From positions 105,939-169,938 of the forward strand of contig CAVSYN010000034.1 in assembly GCA_963732115.1 (NCBI GenBank): DNA of 64,000 bases. The letters run 5' to 3'. A program made the translations under genes and the position numbers. The notes beneath the pieces were generated by a model. It was not told the DNA's origin. It made no database searches and saw nothing but the letters and a program-made list of their open reading frames with translations. This DNA is from an uncultured Bacteroidales bacterium. GTDB taxonomy: Bacteria > Bacteroidota > Bacteroidia > Bacteroidales > VadinHA17. Shown here one piece after another: positions 63,909 to 64,000 of the stretch (the stretch's first letter is position 1; each line of letters begins with the position of its first letter).

Positions 63909-64000
63909 ATGAGTAACGAAAGAAAAGAAATCAACAAGGATAAGCTGAAAGCGCTTGAAGTAACACTTGGAAAAATTGAAAAGGATTTTGGCAAGGGTAC
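63909..64000 (+). CDS. recA: Recombinase RecA, N-terminal 30 codons only (cut by window end)
   Basis: MSNERKEINKDKLKALEVTLGKIEKDFGKG matches the conserved RecA N-terminal helix ...L...I.K.FGKG. Confidence 0.8.
   Translation, partial: MSNERKEINKDKLKALEVTLGKIEKDFGKG

Overview
This 64-kb chromosomal window comes from a Bacteroidota genome. The evidence is the T9SS porU/porV pair, a SusC/SusD pair, and TAnnTTTG-type -7 promoter boxes. All calls rest on reading the sequence and ORF translations and on remembered family motifs; no database search was possible. Most of the window is housekeeping: ispF, hutU, a Nif3/zinc-ribbon pair, MerR plus two M23 peptidases, alaS, recR, an E2 acyltransferase, rlmN, rlmD, rlmB, an ABC-F ATPase, a transaldolase-like gene, clpS, bcp and the start of recA. 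The accessory content lies between and beside two minus-strand tRNA-Ser genes (anticodons CGA and GCT). That block holds a nucleoside transporter, an L,D-transpeptidase cluster and a SusC/SusD polysaccharide utilisation locus with two GH144-like (putative beta-1,2-glucanase) genes. There are two leads. (1) A tightly coupled two-gene cassette at 46256-49372 encodes a minimal PP2C/SpoIIE phosphatase and a coiled-coil OLD-like ABC ATPase. The Toprim-like tail of the ATPase lacks the canonical acidic residues. I know of no described defence system with this composition. (2) A conserved, highly structured ~190-bp module follows each tRNA-Ser gene and ends in a copy of the tRNA 3' end. Its two hairpins differ between the copies but stay paired. 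The two modules form direct repeats bracketing ~16 kb. Caveat: at least 20 well-conserved genes, including essential ones, carry one or more reading-frame breaks, and the breaks are unevenly clustered. This most likely reflects indel errors in the sequence rather than true pseudogenes. Gene spans are therefore given as reconstructed whole genes.
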